A stretch of DNA of 64,000 nt. Origin: Minutocellus sp. GHC0000111. Its lineage: Eukaryota. The DNA lies in the NCBI GenBank assembly GCA_977018835.1, contig OZ361257.1, positions 3,348,001-3,412,000 on the forward strand, given 5' to 3'. Under the pieces are notes generated by a model. The model was not told the DNA's origin. It saw only the letters and a program-made list of their open reading frames with translations, and searched no databases. The position numbers and the translations under genes are program-made. Shown one piece after another: positions 1-13,042 of this stretch (within the stretch, counting starts at the first letter, position 1; each line of letters starts with the position of its first letter).

Positions 1-125
1 CGGAAAGAATTGAGGCAGGTGGGCGGAGTTCAGGATACGGGTACATAATTAGAATTACTCCCAATGCCAATGCAATAAATCACATAAATACATGTACAAG
101 CAACAAATTAGCGGAAAACACTCAC

Positions 126-2394
126 CTTGATGCAGTGCTCGTCATCATCTTTGCATTTTGATTTAATGATGCAGTTGGTCCTACACAGTTTCTCTGGAAT
201 TCGATCACAGAGAGAGTCCTCTTCTCTCTCACAGCTCCGGAAACGGCAAAGCCTCTGACAATCTTCATCAGAATCTTTACAGCCCATGTCCATAAAACAA
301 GTATTCCTTCTTTCCTTTTCGGCAAGCTGCAACATGAGAGATCCGGGCGGAGAAGAAGGAGGATAAGAAAATGAGAATAAGCTTGAAAAAAAAAAGATTC
401 AAGCTACATGCAGCAAAGCAGAAATACGCTAGCCGAAAATGTGCTCACGGTATTGCAGAGTCTATCGTCGTCGTCACAACATTGGAACCTGCACTTTTTA
501 ATACAATTTTCATCTTTGCCACAATTGCTGCTAGCTATGCACTGGTCACGGCACGAGGTCTCAGATTGCAGGTTGCAGAGCTTGCCTGCATCTTCAAATT
601 CACAATTTTGGTACCTGCAAATGGCCATACAATTGCGATCCTCCTCATCATTGCTGCCAGTGCATCCTTCACTCTCAAAACAGTCGTTTCGAGAACTTTT
701 CTCTTCAGGCTAAAGGCAGAGATCCGAGGGGAGGAGGATGAAATGAGCTTCGGTTGAATAATATGAATGGGATCAGCCATTCCACTGCGGATGCTATGTA
801 GTAGAAATAAATTTCTATTGAAAAAAATTGAGACCAAAATACTCACCGTATTGCATAATCTATCATCTTCGTAGCAGCACTTGAAGCGACATTTCTGTAG
901 AATTCATGTATGTAGACAAAATCATATTTTCAGAATAATCGTACAAAGCACAAACATTTACGAACACGAACCAATTGAATTCGAAGCCTTACCTTCTTGC
1001 AGTCATCACTGTCGCCGCAATTCCGAGACTCGAAACAAGATTTTCTACACGTACGCTCGGCAGAAGTGTTGCAAAGCCGTTCGTTGGCCTCCTTGATGGC
1101 ATCACCTTGTTTGGCTTTGTTGCGAGAGAAGCCGCAACACTTGGATCGACATCGCTTTTTGCATGTTTCGTCGTCTTCACTGTCGCTACTACCACAGCTC
1201 TTGTCTCGAAAGCACTGGGACATTTGAGAATAGTAATTGATCGAGTCAGCAAATCAAATGAGTAGAACAACAGTGCATTATATTTGAGACCAGGGGGTAA
1301 TATTGCTTATGCGCGCCTTACCTGCTCTCGGCAACGTCTCTCTGGGGCGGTATTGCACATGCGCTCAAATTCAGAAGCAGCACTGCTGCGTTTCTTCTTC
1401 TTCTTCTTGGTATCTTGGCTTTTCTTGGGACTGCTATCGTCGCTGTGCTTCTTTTTATCATGGCTGGAACTACTGCTGTCTTCTTTCTTCGTAAAGAGAT
1501 GAAGATTCTTATCCTTGGCTTCACAGCATTTTGCGCGGCAGTTCTGTTTGCATTCTTCCTTATCGTCACCACTCTCTTGGGCACAATCATTGCGATCTTT
1601 ACAGGGCTGGTAACACTCCTATAAGATGTCAATGGGCACATTTTGATTGATGAGGATGGGTGTGAAATTGGTGCGTCTACATTGCATTCGACAGAAATAT
1701 ATTTGAATGATACATAAAAAATGAAGGTAATTCCAATCACACTTACCTGCTCTTTTTCGGTATTGCACAAACGGTCCTCATCCTTCGCCTTCTTCCGTGC
1801 CTCAAGTTGCGCCAAGAGATCCGCAACACTTTCTGGCGTGAAGGCGGCAGACACGTCCCCTGCGGCCTGTTTCTGCTGCTCTCCGGTTGTAGCGGCTGCC
1901 ACCGATTCTGACGATGCTGCATTCGGTAGATTAGTTTGAATTGTGCCACCACCAAAGAAATCCGCCGTGGTTGCTACTCCCGGTACTGTCGCAACTTCGT
2001 GCTGGGCTTCATCGTGTTTCCCTTTCTCCGATGTGAGTGCGCTAGCGTCTGTCCCAAGACTGCCCGGCGGCAACACCTCGGTCGATGTCTCGCCACCAGC
2101 ACAACCTTCAACCCCGCGACACGTAACGGCCGAGGTTGTGCCTCCATCCACAACGCTAGCGAATGCATTCTCGGAAGTAATCCTACGCCTTGATGGTAGG
2201 AGCCGACCAGCGGCTTCTAACGTCGGTTCTTCATCAGCCTCGTTCCGCAGAAGGCGATGATGACGCCCGCTGGCGCCATCACCGTCATCGACGCCATAAA
2301 GCTGCTTATGCCCCTCCTGACGTCGACCTAAGGAAGGGCGCGCCCAGAGAAGAACAAGCGTGATAACAGCCACTCTGAACATCCTCCGAACCAT
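126..2394 (-). CDS. Secreted Cys-rich tandem-repeat protein, multi-exon, 3' end outside window. Exons ~2394-1747, 1618-1322, 1214-993, 894-847, 709-449, 326-126
   Basis: Signal-peptide-like N-terminus (MVRRMFRVAVITLVLLWARPSLG) and RXL-like motifs. GT-AG junctions join the exons in frame (all phase 0) into at least 7 repeats of C-x7-C-x3-C-x5-C-x5/10-C-x3-C-x3-CC. Confidence 0.85.
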
Positions 2395-3106
2395 CTTCCT
2401 TCACTCGCTTCTCCAGTACCGATACCGTGACGAAGGGGTGTCAATGTTCCTGTGCGAACTTGCGCGAGTAATGGCCACCAAGCTAGCTCACTACTCGCAG
2501 TCCTGATGAACTTCGTCGTATCGAATCGACCACTCAACTTATCGTGCGAACTCACACCAAAAGGGATGTATCAGTCGCCGAATGGATCACTCGTTTAGTC
2601 ACAAATACGACCGTACTGCGTCTGCCTTTTGTCTCGTGATGCCCTTCCGACTTTCAGTTTCGTCCGGGAAAGAAATTTGTCGAGAATAGAATGATGAGCC
2701 CCAAACCAGAGATGAGTAATGAGCAGAGCTTCCGGATATCCAACACAAGACGTGCCTCGCCATTCGCCGTCCTCCTCTACGGGCTGTATCAATGTACAGA
2801 GTCCGTCGATATCCGCGGTGAGTTGCCTTCGCTTGATTTGATCGTATCAACGTTGCGGCACTGCTCTCGCCAACGGAAATTGATGTGATCGAGAAAGTGA
2901 TATGATGTCATATCGAAGGAGTTAGAGAGTGGCATGGCCATGGCGCGGGCGGGGGCGGCCACCCGCGCGCGCGCCAGCCAACCGCCGACCGCCAGTCATG
3001 ATGACATGGAATGGCGTCGGCTCGGTCGAGATCGCGCTGCAGCCCAGTCAGTTCCCTCGGCCACTAACATCACTTGATAGTCCTACGTGCATCAACCTAA
3101 ACCGCC

Positions 3107-4222
3107 ATGTCTCTCTCGGCACCATGCTCGCTCGTAAGAGCTGCCATGATAAGGAGAAATGTAATATCGAATCATCGATCGGCAGCAAAGATGTTATTTT
3201 CCAATGGTACTAATACCGCGAGCGACAGCGAAAAGAAAACCAAGCACAAGCTGAAGAAGGTGACTGTTCCCTCGCTTGTTTCCAAGAAGCGTCACGGCAA
3301 AAAGATCAGCATGGTAACGGCATACGATTATCCCTCGGCCCTTCACGTCAATCGAGCTGGCATCGACATCCTCCTGGTCGGTGATTCGTGCGCCATGGTT
3401 GAGCTAGGATACGAGACCACCCAGCCCATGACGTTGGATCAGATGGTCCATCACTGCGAGGCTGTCAAGCGAGGGGCTCCGTCTGGTCCGTTGCTGGTTG
3501 GCGACATGCCTTTGGGAACGTACGAGTATGACGACACCGACGTTGCCCTGCGGAATGCCTACCGGTTGGTGAAGGAGGGTGGGATGGATGCCGTGAAGCT
3601 GGAGGGTGGAAGCGAATTGCGAGCCAGGACCGTCAGGAAGGTCACGGAGGGTGGCATCGCCGTTATGGGCCATGTCGGCTTGACACCTCAGGCCATTTCC
3701 GTCATCGGTGGCTTCCGGGCACAGGGACGAACGGCCGTGAGAGCACGGCAGCTGCTCGATGAGGCCCTCCGTCTGCAGGAAGCGGGGGCATTTTGTATCG
3801 TTTTGGAGTGCATTCCTGCAAATGTGGCTCAGGCGATTACCGAAACGTTGGAAATCCCTACGATTGGTATTGGTGCAGGAGGGCACACCTCGGGTCAAGT
3901 CCTGGTATATCACGACATGTTGGGGATGACATCTCACCCCCATCACAAGCAATTTGTGCCCAAGTTTTGTAAACGATATGGTCAGCTTGGACATGCCATA
4001 GTAAAAGGACTGGAAGAATTCAAGACCGACGTAGAGGAAGGCATCTTTCCTGGGACGGAATATAGCCCATACAAAATGACCGAGGAAGAGAAAGTGGTAT
4101 TTGATGCTCTGCTGGCCAAGGACGAAGAGGAACGACAACGCATCCACGATGAAACCGCTGCCAAGCTCGATGACTCTGACGAATACGAAAAGTTGAGCTT
4201 GTACGGTAGTAGTAAAGAATGA
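3107..4222 (+). CDS. panB: 3-methyl-2-oxobutanoate hydroxymethyltransferase, probable mitochondrial presequence
   Basis: Motifs MVTAYDYPSA, ILLVGDS, AVKLEGG, GHVGLTPQ, IGIGAG, GQVLVYHD. Confidence 0.96.
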   Translation: MSLSAPCSLVRAAMIRRNVISNHRSAAKMLFSNGTNTASDSEKKTKHKLKKVTVPSLVSKKRHGKKISMVTAYDYPSALHVNRAGIDILLVGDSCAMVELGYETTQPMTLDQMVHHCEAVKRGAPSGPLLVGDMPLGTYEYDDTDVALRNAYRLVKEGGMDAVKLEGGSELRARTVRKVTEGGIAVMGHVGLTPQAISVIGGFRAQGRTAVRARQLLDEALRLQEAGAFCIVLECIPANVAQAITETLEIPTIGIGAGGHTSGQVLVYHDMLGMTSHPHHKQFVPKFCKRYGQLGHAIVKGLEEFKTDVEEGIFPGTEYSPYKMTEEEKVVFDALLAKDEEERQRIHDETAAKLDDSDEYEKLSLYGSSKE

Positions 4223-4362
4223 AGATGAAAGAATGGCATACTACCGTACGTAGTAGGTACACTTCGATACTAGTACTAGTAGTGGCTGTATCTTTGTGAC
4301 GATAGATAGGCAGATAGGGGGCGCCTTATTCTTTTAATCAATTGCCTTCAAAAGAAACGCAC

Positions 4363-5197
4363 TCACAATGGCCACACAAGCTCAGCAACATCCTTGTACA
4401 CTTCCTCCACATCACGATCAGCAATGACCTTCCGAACCTTGCCTTCGGACTCATACATGTTCACAATGGGCATACTCTCCTCTCGGAAGGTAACAAAGCG
4501 CTTTCGGATGACATCGATATTGTCATCATTCCTGCCGGACGTTTTGGCCCGTTCTAACAAGCGCGAGGTCATGGTATCCTCGGGACAGTCCAGGAATAGG
4601 ACGAATTGAACGTCGGCCTTGGTCGACATTTGGGCCTTCCAGACGGTAACATTACCCTCGCTCCGGGGGAATCCATCAATCAAAAACTTGGTCACCGCCT
4701 TGTCCTTGGCCATAATGTCCTCCATGGCCTTTTCCAGCAATCCGACAGTGATTTCCGCAGGTACGATCTGACCGGCGGCAATCTTGGAATTGATCAATTC
4801 GGCGAGCTTGGAACCGGAGTTGCGCTCTGCACGGAGCAAATCTCCCGCCGACAGATGCGCCCAACCGGACTGGCGCTTGGTAATGAGCTCGCATTGAGTC
4901 CCCTTTCCAGCGCCTTGGACGTCGCATTGAGACACAACGAAATAAGAATTTTATTGAGCAGTATTCAAGCACAATTCGATTCACACTGATCCGTCAACGC
5001 ATGCATTTACGATATTACATACCTGGTCCACCCAAGACGAACACTACCTGCGGCTTGCTTGCTGCACCTGACTCATCGCGTGACTTCTTCTGCTGCAGCT
5101 TATGGTAGGCGAAGGCAGCGCCAGTGGCGGCAAAGAGGAACAGCGAGAAGGGGCAGAAACCCTTCTTGCTCTCCTTGCCTCCACAGCACGAGCCCAT
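4363..5197 (-). CDS. UMP-CMP kinase (adenylate kinase family), 2 exons 5197-5023 and 4913-4363
   Basis: Splicing restores the P-loop VFVLGGPGAGKGTQC. Also HLSAGDLLRAE, FLIDGFPR and GRNDDN. Confidence 0.92.
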
Positions 5198-5526
5198 CGT
5201 TACTATTAACGATACTTCGACGGGGTAGGAATTCCAAAGGGGGTGCAAAGCAAAAGTGCAAAGCAGCAAAGGCACGAGCAGAGAGCGGTCAGCAGCAGCA
5301 GAGCGCAGCTCACGATCACGACGATGGACAGACGTGATCAAGGCATAAATCCTGCCTGCGCCTGAGGCTGAGCCTTGCCTGGCCGGCCTGCCGGTTGGAA
5401 GATACCGCGATACCGCACGTGAGAGAGTAGAAGTCAAGCCAACATAATATCGCGAATCAAGACTCTTTGCCGAACGGTGACCGTCTACTATTGTGCTCTG
5501 TTAATATTACTGGTAGAAATCCAACC

Positions 5527-8500
5527 ATGAGCGATGAGGAGCAGATGCCCGTTAGCGTTCCGTCTCGCGAAACGAAGCCGGAAGATGAGAATAATAATAA
5601 TAACCCCCCGTCATCAGCGGCTGCCGGTACCGGTACTGCTTCCGGCAACGACGAGGACGACGAAATGCTGGAGGGTTTCCCGTCCACCGGGAGCAGCACC
5701 GATCTAGCGGATGATGCTCAGGATGTGGTGGCGGCGGTATCCGAGGATGGTGGCGATAACAGCACACCGAGCAGTGAAGGCGACGACCAGCCGCCGCCGC
5801 AAGCACAGGCACAAGCGGAAGCTCCACCAACTGATGATGCGTCGAGTAACCACCGCCGGAATTCTTCGTTCGGCCTTACCACCATCCAAACAGAAAACAT
5901 CCTGTTCGACCCATCCAACAATAATGCCGGTCCAGCCAAGGACGAATGGCTCAAGTCTGCCTCCGTCGGCGGTGATGGCGGCCGTACGTTGGTGCACGCC
6001 GGTTCCGTAACCCGCCTGCTGATGAACAAAGCTGGTCCTCTGGGGTTTGGCTTTCTCAATACCACTCTCGGCATAACTAATGAGAGATATGCCGACCGAA
6101 CTCTGGCTCTGTTCAAGAATCCCAGTATGCTTCTTGTGCTGCGAAAGGCGAAGGACGCTGCCGAGGTGAAGCGCTTGTTGGATGTACCTGCAGAATTGGT
6201 TGCTGACATGGAACGAAATGGCGACTTTGACCAAGCTGAGAATGACTTCCTTGTGGCAGAGAGCGTCATCGATCTCAATATGTGTAAGATGCGACTAAGT
6301 CGATTGACCACCCCAACAAGCTTAGGAGGCTCCGATGATGATGGCAGTGCAGAGGCCTTGCGTAATTCATCTGGCGACAATGCGGCCGGAGTGCCTCCAC
6401 TGACGTTGGCCGAGCTCAAGAGAAGGTCGTGCTTTGAAATTGCTTCTCCGACTAAAACATTGTTACTTAGTGCAGTCGTTCCACCGGATGGCAATGGTGG
6501 TGCCAATGGTGTTGGTGTAGGTCCCAACAACGCCAAAAACAAAAAGACAAAGACTACTAACACCAGAATGCCCGGTCCTGCCACTGTCGAATCGCTTACC
6601 GACCGCCGGGCCTATCTTGAAACGTCGGCATGGGAGCAGGCCATTATCATGGCGCTTCATTCTGCCAATGCTCCCTCGAATGATGATGATGGGGAAGGCT
6701 TTGAGACCGATCAAGCGTGGAAACACGTCATCGTCCGTGGCACCCTCCACTCGCACGTCGTATACGGCGATGTCGACCTGTTGAGCCGAGCCATCGAGAT
6801 TGCCCTGTCTCCTCCACTACTAGATGTCAAAGAGGAGGAAGGCGGCAGCAACAGTGGCGATGGTCGGAGACTCGGCAAGGAAGAAATGTCAAGAATCCTT
6901 GATGAACGGGACGAGTTTGGACTCACTGCTCTCATGTATGCCTGCACCCGAAGACTGCAATCGGCGGTGCGAATTCTTGTCAATGCCGGCGCCAATGCTT
7001 CGGTACCAACTCCTCGAGACTTGAAAACTCCCAGCCATCTCACAGCAGAATGTTTGGATGAAAAGAGCTTGTCAACTGTGCTTAGTGCCACGTATCCTAC
7101 GCGTCCCGACCCTAACGCCCTTGATGCTCAGGGTAGAACTCCGATGTATTTGGCAGCCGTCTGCGGAAAGACAGTGGAGGGTGGATCTAATGCGATAGCT
7201 CTTGGTAGATGCTTGTCCGCCATTGAGGCTTGGGGAGGACAGATCTTTATCGAAGATCCCGAGCAACGACTACCACTGCGCCATCCCATCGCAGTGAAGG
7301 CACAGCTGTGGAAATCAACCGAGCTTGAAGTACTTTTTGACCACGTTGATTACTTTTATCCCCTTAAGGACGAAACGACCTTTGATCAGAATGCCGACAA
7401 GTCCATCATTTCCATCGGCCAGCTGACGCATTACCCTTTGCATACCAGCCTCATTGCACTGCGCCAAAAGATCGAGGTAGTGAAGGAGAATGGTCTTGGC
7501 CACGGCTTCGAAGTAGATGACAATGACCTGCTAGATACCCTTCGAGTGCTCATTTTGCATGGTTTTGACGTCAACGAAAGGCTCGACCGAATAGATCTTC
7601 GCAACGAAGCGGCAGAGCTTAATGCTTGCCTTGGTTTTACCCCGCTTCAAATTCTGGCGGTAGCGGCACTAGATGCTGAGCAGCTCTCTACACCCAATGG
7701 CAACTCTCACGCGCCGAGTAGTGCTACAGTAGATGGTATTCGGCGCTGTATTGCCGAGAGTGCCGAGCTTCTCGTGCGGTATGGTGGCCGAATCTCGGTA
7801 ACGGCACCGCCAACATCCCGCAATAAGAAAGAAGCCTCGTCTTCATCAGCGGCTGGCACCGCCCCTAGCAAGAAGCTGTCCAAATTATCAATCGGTAGAG
7901 GCGGCAGCGAGCAATCAGCCAAATCGGCCTCCTCGGCAGACGACCAGGAAGAAGCCGTCGAAGCTGTATCTTCGTCTAGCTTGCCTCTTTTCAATCGCTC
8001 CGAGTTGTGCATTGATGAGAACGCGACGCTTGTCGACTTACTTGGGGGTGAACTATTGCTCAGAGATGCAAAGAACGAATGGTACGAAGAAGTAGCTGTT
8101 CGAGAATCCAAGACGATGGATCTCACCCCAAATCTGCCCAAGGAAGATATGCGTGGTGATGCCAATTCATGCGCTATCTGTTGGAAGATGTTTGGTACAG
8201 TAAGCAACCGGCGCCACTCGTGTCGGATTACCAGACGTTATGTTTGCGACGAGTGCTCAACGAAACGAATGTATGATTCGAGAGCAGCCGAGCACCGTAT
8301 CAGCGATGGTCAGTTCCCCCTGGCTCAGGTTGAAGGGGCCAAAATGGATGAGGAAGAGCAAAAGATCCACGATGAAGAGCGTGCCAAACGGCAAGAAGAA
8401 AAGAAGAAGGAACGGACGGCTCGGTTAGCGGGCACAACAGCCGCCGCTTCAGGTCTGTCGGCGGCGACTGGCGCTAATGACACACTAGATGCCGACAAAC

Positions 8501-8763
8501 AAGAGCTCTTTGGTGGTGCCATTATGAAGAATATGAAGAATTTAATCATGGGCGAAGACGAGGAAGACGAAGAAGATCAATTTCAGAGCGTGACTGCCAA
8601 GCTCAGTGCGACGAGAGATGCCTTCAACGAGCGTGGCGAGAGACTTAATAGCCTCGCGGAAAAGACGGCAGCGCTCCAGGACGCATCCAAGGACTTTGCC
8701 TCCATGGCGAAGGAGCTACGAAAGCAGCAAGAATCCAAAGGCATTTTTGGCGGCTTCTTTTGA
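5527..8763 (+). CDS. Ankyrin-repeat, FYVE-like zinc finger and C-terminal R-SNARE (no TM) protein
   Basis: Ankyrin motifs (GLTALMYAC, GRTPMYLAA), FYVE-like CAICWKMFGTVSNRRHSCR..VCDEC, tomosyn/synaptobrevin-like FNERGERLNSLAEKTAALQDASKDF. Confidence 0.85.
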   Translation: MSDEEQMPVSVPSRETKPEDENNNNNPPSSAAAGTGTASGNDEDDEMLEGFPSTGSSTDLADDAQDVVAAVSEDGGDNSTPSSEGDDQPPPQAQAQAEAPPTDDASSNHRRNSSFGLTTIQTENILFDPSNNNAGPAKDEWLKSASVGGDGGRTLVHAGSVTRLLMNKAGPLGFGFLNTTLGITNERYADRTLALFKNPSMLLVLRKAKDAAEVKRLLDVPAELVADMERNGDFDQAENDFLVAESVIDLNMCKMRLSRLTTPTSLGGSDDDGSAEALRNSSGDNAAGVPPLTLAELKRRSCFEIASPTKTLLLSAVVPPDGNGGANGVGVGPNNAKNKKTKTTNTRMPGPATVESLTDRRAYLETSAWEQAIIMALHSANAPSNDDDGEGFETDQAWKHVIVRGTLHSHVVYGDVDLLSRAIEIALSPPLLDVKEEEGGSNSGDGRRLGKEEMSRILDERDEFGLTALMYACTRRLQSAVRILVNAGANASVPTPRDLKTPSHLTAECLDEKSLSTVLSATYPTRPDPNALDAQGRTPMYLAAVCGKTVEGGSNAIALGRCLSAIEAWGGQIFIEDPEQRLPLRHPIAVKAQLWKSTELEVLFDHVDYFYPLKDETTFDQNADKSIISIGQLTHYPLHTSLIALRQKIEVVKENGLGHGFEVDDNDLLDTLRVLILHGFDVNERLDRIDLRNEAAELNACLGFTPLQILAVAALDAEQLSTPNGNSHAPSSATVDGIRRCIAESAELLVRYGGRISVTAPPTSRNKKEASSSSAAGTAPSKKLSKLSIGRGGSEQSAKSASSADDQEEAVEAVSSSSLPLFNRSELCIDENATLVDLLGGELLLRDAKNEWYEEVAVRESKTMDLTPNLPKEDMRGDANSCAICWKMFGTVSNRRHSCRITRRYVCDECSTKRMYDSRAAEHRISDGQFPLAQVEGAKMDEEEQKIHDEERAKRQEEKKKERTARLAGTTAAASGLSAATGANDTLDADKQELFGGAIMKNMKNLIMGEDEEDEEDQFQSVTAKLSATRDAFNERGERLNSLAEKTAALQDASKDFASMAKELRKQQESKGIFGGFF

Positions 8764-8899
8764 TTAGCCACTACATAACCACCAATAAAATAGATCTTGA
8801 TGACAAAAAGACGCGTGTAATTTGTTTACAACTCCTAACTAAAAAACACAGCAAGATACAGGTGTATGTACATGGCAAGTTGGCCGACCAAAACGGTTG

Positions 8900-10712
8900 C
8901 TACTGGAATGCATCGTCCATGGATGAAAACAGATCAATGTTATCTTCACCGCTTTCATTGCTATTGCCACCATCATCTCCAATGCTACCAGTAAAATCAG
9001 CATAATTCTCTAAATTTTGACGGAAAAGCTCTGCTTCGTCCTCATCGTCGTCGTCCTCATCGTACTCCTGAGTCTCTTCAATCATTGTAAATCTGGCGAC
9101 GGGAAGTGGTTCGAGGCCCCACCCGTCAAGCACACTGCCGTTGATTTCAACTGTCTTTGGCTCATCAGGATTCCTTGTTGTGGGAGTGCTTTTAGCCTCA
9201 GTAGCATTGGCCCCATCGTCGGGTGGGTCATTGATATCGATTATCCGGCCCCAATACGCTGGTAGATGAAAGATGAATGGAGAAATGTGGCAAACACACT
9301 AGAAGACTCTCATCGGTACTTTAGATTTGCCGGAATATTCAACGGACGAGGAACATCAGATGACACCACTTACCTTTCTGGTCTTCATGTGTCAGACCCA
9401 TACCCTCGCTGTATGTCGATCCACTCACTGCCCTCCCAAATCCAAATCGAAAGACTTGCATCCATAGCTGATCTCTGTTCTCACCAATTAGATTCCATTT
9501 CCCGCGCAAAATCTTGGCGTTGCCCAATCCGCCTAGAGTACTGAAAGTCATATTGGCAAATAATTCGATCTCAACAGCTCGGATAGGGACAGGTCGGGCC
9601 TCTTCCTCTGCGGCTTTCCTCTTGGCTTCCTCCCGCTTATGTGGATCAATATCCGCCATCCTCTTTGGCTTCCGCTGTTTCAAAGGAAAAGTTGTGAGGA
9701 AGTAGCGCTTCCCCTGCAAATCTGATGCCTTGAACTTTTCTACGGGCTCATCATCCTTTTTGGTACGTGTATTGAGACCTCCTAGCACCTGTCTCAGTTG
9801 GAAGGATCCGGTCTTTGTGGGCGAGTAAATTGGCTGTTCAAAGAAGCTCGGATGATGTTTGGGATAAAAGAATCTACCAATCTCTACTGTTCCTTCTGGA
9901 ACAGAAATGTGAACGTCGTACGAACCATCGTCATTGTTGCCGTAGTCCTTCTTCTTTGCCTCGGTTTTGCCCTCTTTCTCCCCCTCAATGACACTGCGAT
10001 CTTCCAAGCTTTCCTCTGCCTTGACCACCACATCTCCACTCAGGATGGTATCATGGCCGATAGCACGCAGATCTTTCAGATCTTCTGGCCGATCAGCAGC
10101 CAGTATTAGCTTTCCATCGATGAAATCCCACGTTCCCTTCATAACACCAGCTGTTTCCTCCTCATCATTGCCATCCTCTTGAAAGGACTCGACGGTCTCT
10201 TCCGCTGCCTTGCTCACGAATGCCGGTTTCTTCATCAACTTTTCCTTTTCCTTCCGTTTGATTTCTTCGCCATCCTCCCCGGGTCGGTGCTTGCCATACT
10301 GGATGAAACTGCCGTCATCTCGTAGCATGAGCAATAACTCCTCTTCTTCAATGGCTTTGGCGGTGGGGAGAGGTTTCTTCTTCTTTTTGGGCCATTTGGT
10401 AAATTCCTTTAGCGGCCGAATTTCTGTTTGCTTCTGCTTCGCCGATGCCGTATCTTCTGCCGCAGCCGCCGCAGGATGTAGCGTGGGGAGGAAGCTCTGG
10501 CTTTTCAGGGACCACACGCCGGCGATGTCCCTCCGATGTAGGTCTCCCGTGCAGTATCCATGTACTGTCAAGGGTGTGCATATTTGTAAGGGTATGGCAT
10601 TGCAGAGCAGAAACGAGAAGCAGAATGTTCTTGACACCTTGCTGATGCCGATGCCGCCAATGGCGTTGGTCGGCGTATCTTGTCGCAGACACTGAAGGTT
10701 GAAGAGGACCAT
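8900..10712 (-). CDS. Uncharacterised protein, paralog of 50144-51551; intron 9373-9259; start uncertain
   Basis: Long ORF plus a GT-AG intron restoring the frame to LPVARFTMIEE. Many blocks match the paralog. Confidence 0.8.
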
Positions 10713-11149
10713 TTCGAGCCAACACTTTGCAAAATTATGTTATATATAACGCACTGATTGAAAATCGGGATTGGGATAAAAGTGAAGCGGTCCAATGCAA
10801 TGTATCTTGGAGGAATTCCTACTTATCGGTCACCTGCGCTGTCGGTTGGCTGCATCGGCAGTCAGAAATTCGGCAAAACACAAGCCTGCCTCACCGGTCA
10901 AGAGAGCCTGCCTTCATGTAAAAAATGACAAGACAAGAAATCGGATCGATACTATTATGTACGTTGATAATTTGTTACACAAGATACACCTGATTTGTTT
11001 TAGTGTAAACTAGTTGGACAGCTAGAATAAGTTAAGTATTTGCAGCGTGGTATCTATGCAATGATGTGTGCAAATATTAGAAGCTCTTCCTCAGCCTACA
11101 TGTAGCATGTGGTCGTTCGATCGACGACAAAGAACCCGAGCCCAGAAAT

Positions 11150-12621
<1,472 letters not shown>

Positions 12622-12900
12622 CTTGATTATCTTGGTCCAACAAAGAAAAAAAAGTGAACAAGAAGATCTTTCATCGGCGGCGTCAAAGCAAGGCGAAGAA
12701 CACGTGCGTGTTTTTGCCGCCGCGTGGCGCCAAAAAGCTCGAGTGACGTACTTTTCCGGGTTCTTTCAATAAAAAAATCCTGCGTCAGACGATGGCCCGG
12801 ACGAAGGACGGACTAAACCCAGTGTTGCGGTCATTGGGAAGTACCGTATCTATCTCATGTGAATGTTATTGCTGGTCGCAACGCAAGCCACACAGAACCT

Positions 12901-12920
12901 GCTGCTGCTGCTGCTGCTGC
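12901..12920. repeat. (GCT)n microsatellite
   Basis: gctgctgctgctgctgctgc. Confidence 0.85.
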
Positions 12921-13042
12921 GAACTTCGCTGTTTAGTTGGTTGGTTGGTTGTTGTCTGTCTTGTTGTCTTTGCTTTTGCTTGTTGGCTTCTGACCGGTAC
13001 CGGTACATGTAGATCTAGAGGTCTACATCATGTAGATCTACT

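Noticed and set aside
2925..2990. GC-rich imperfect hairpin as ncRNA
   Set aside because: It lies in a divergent promoter region with no recognisable RNA family features.
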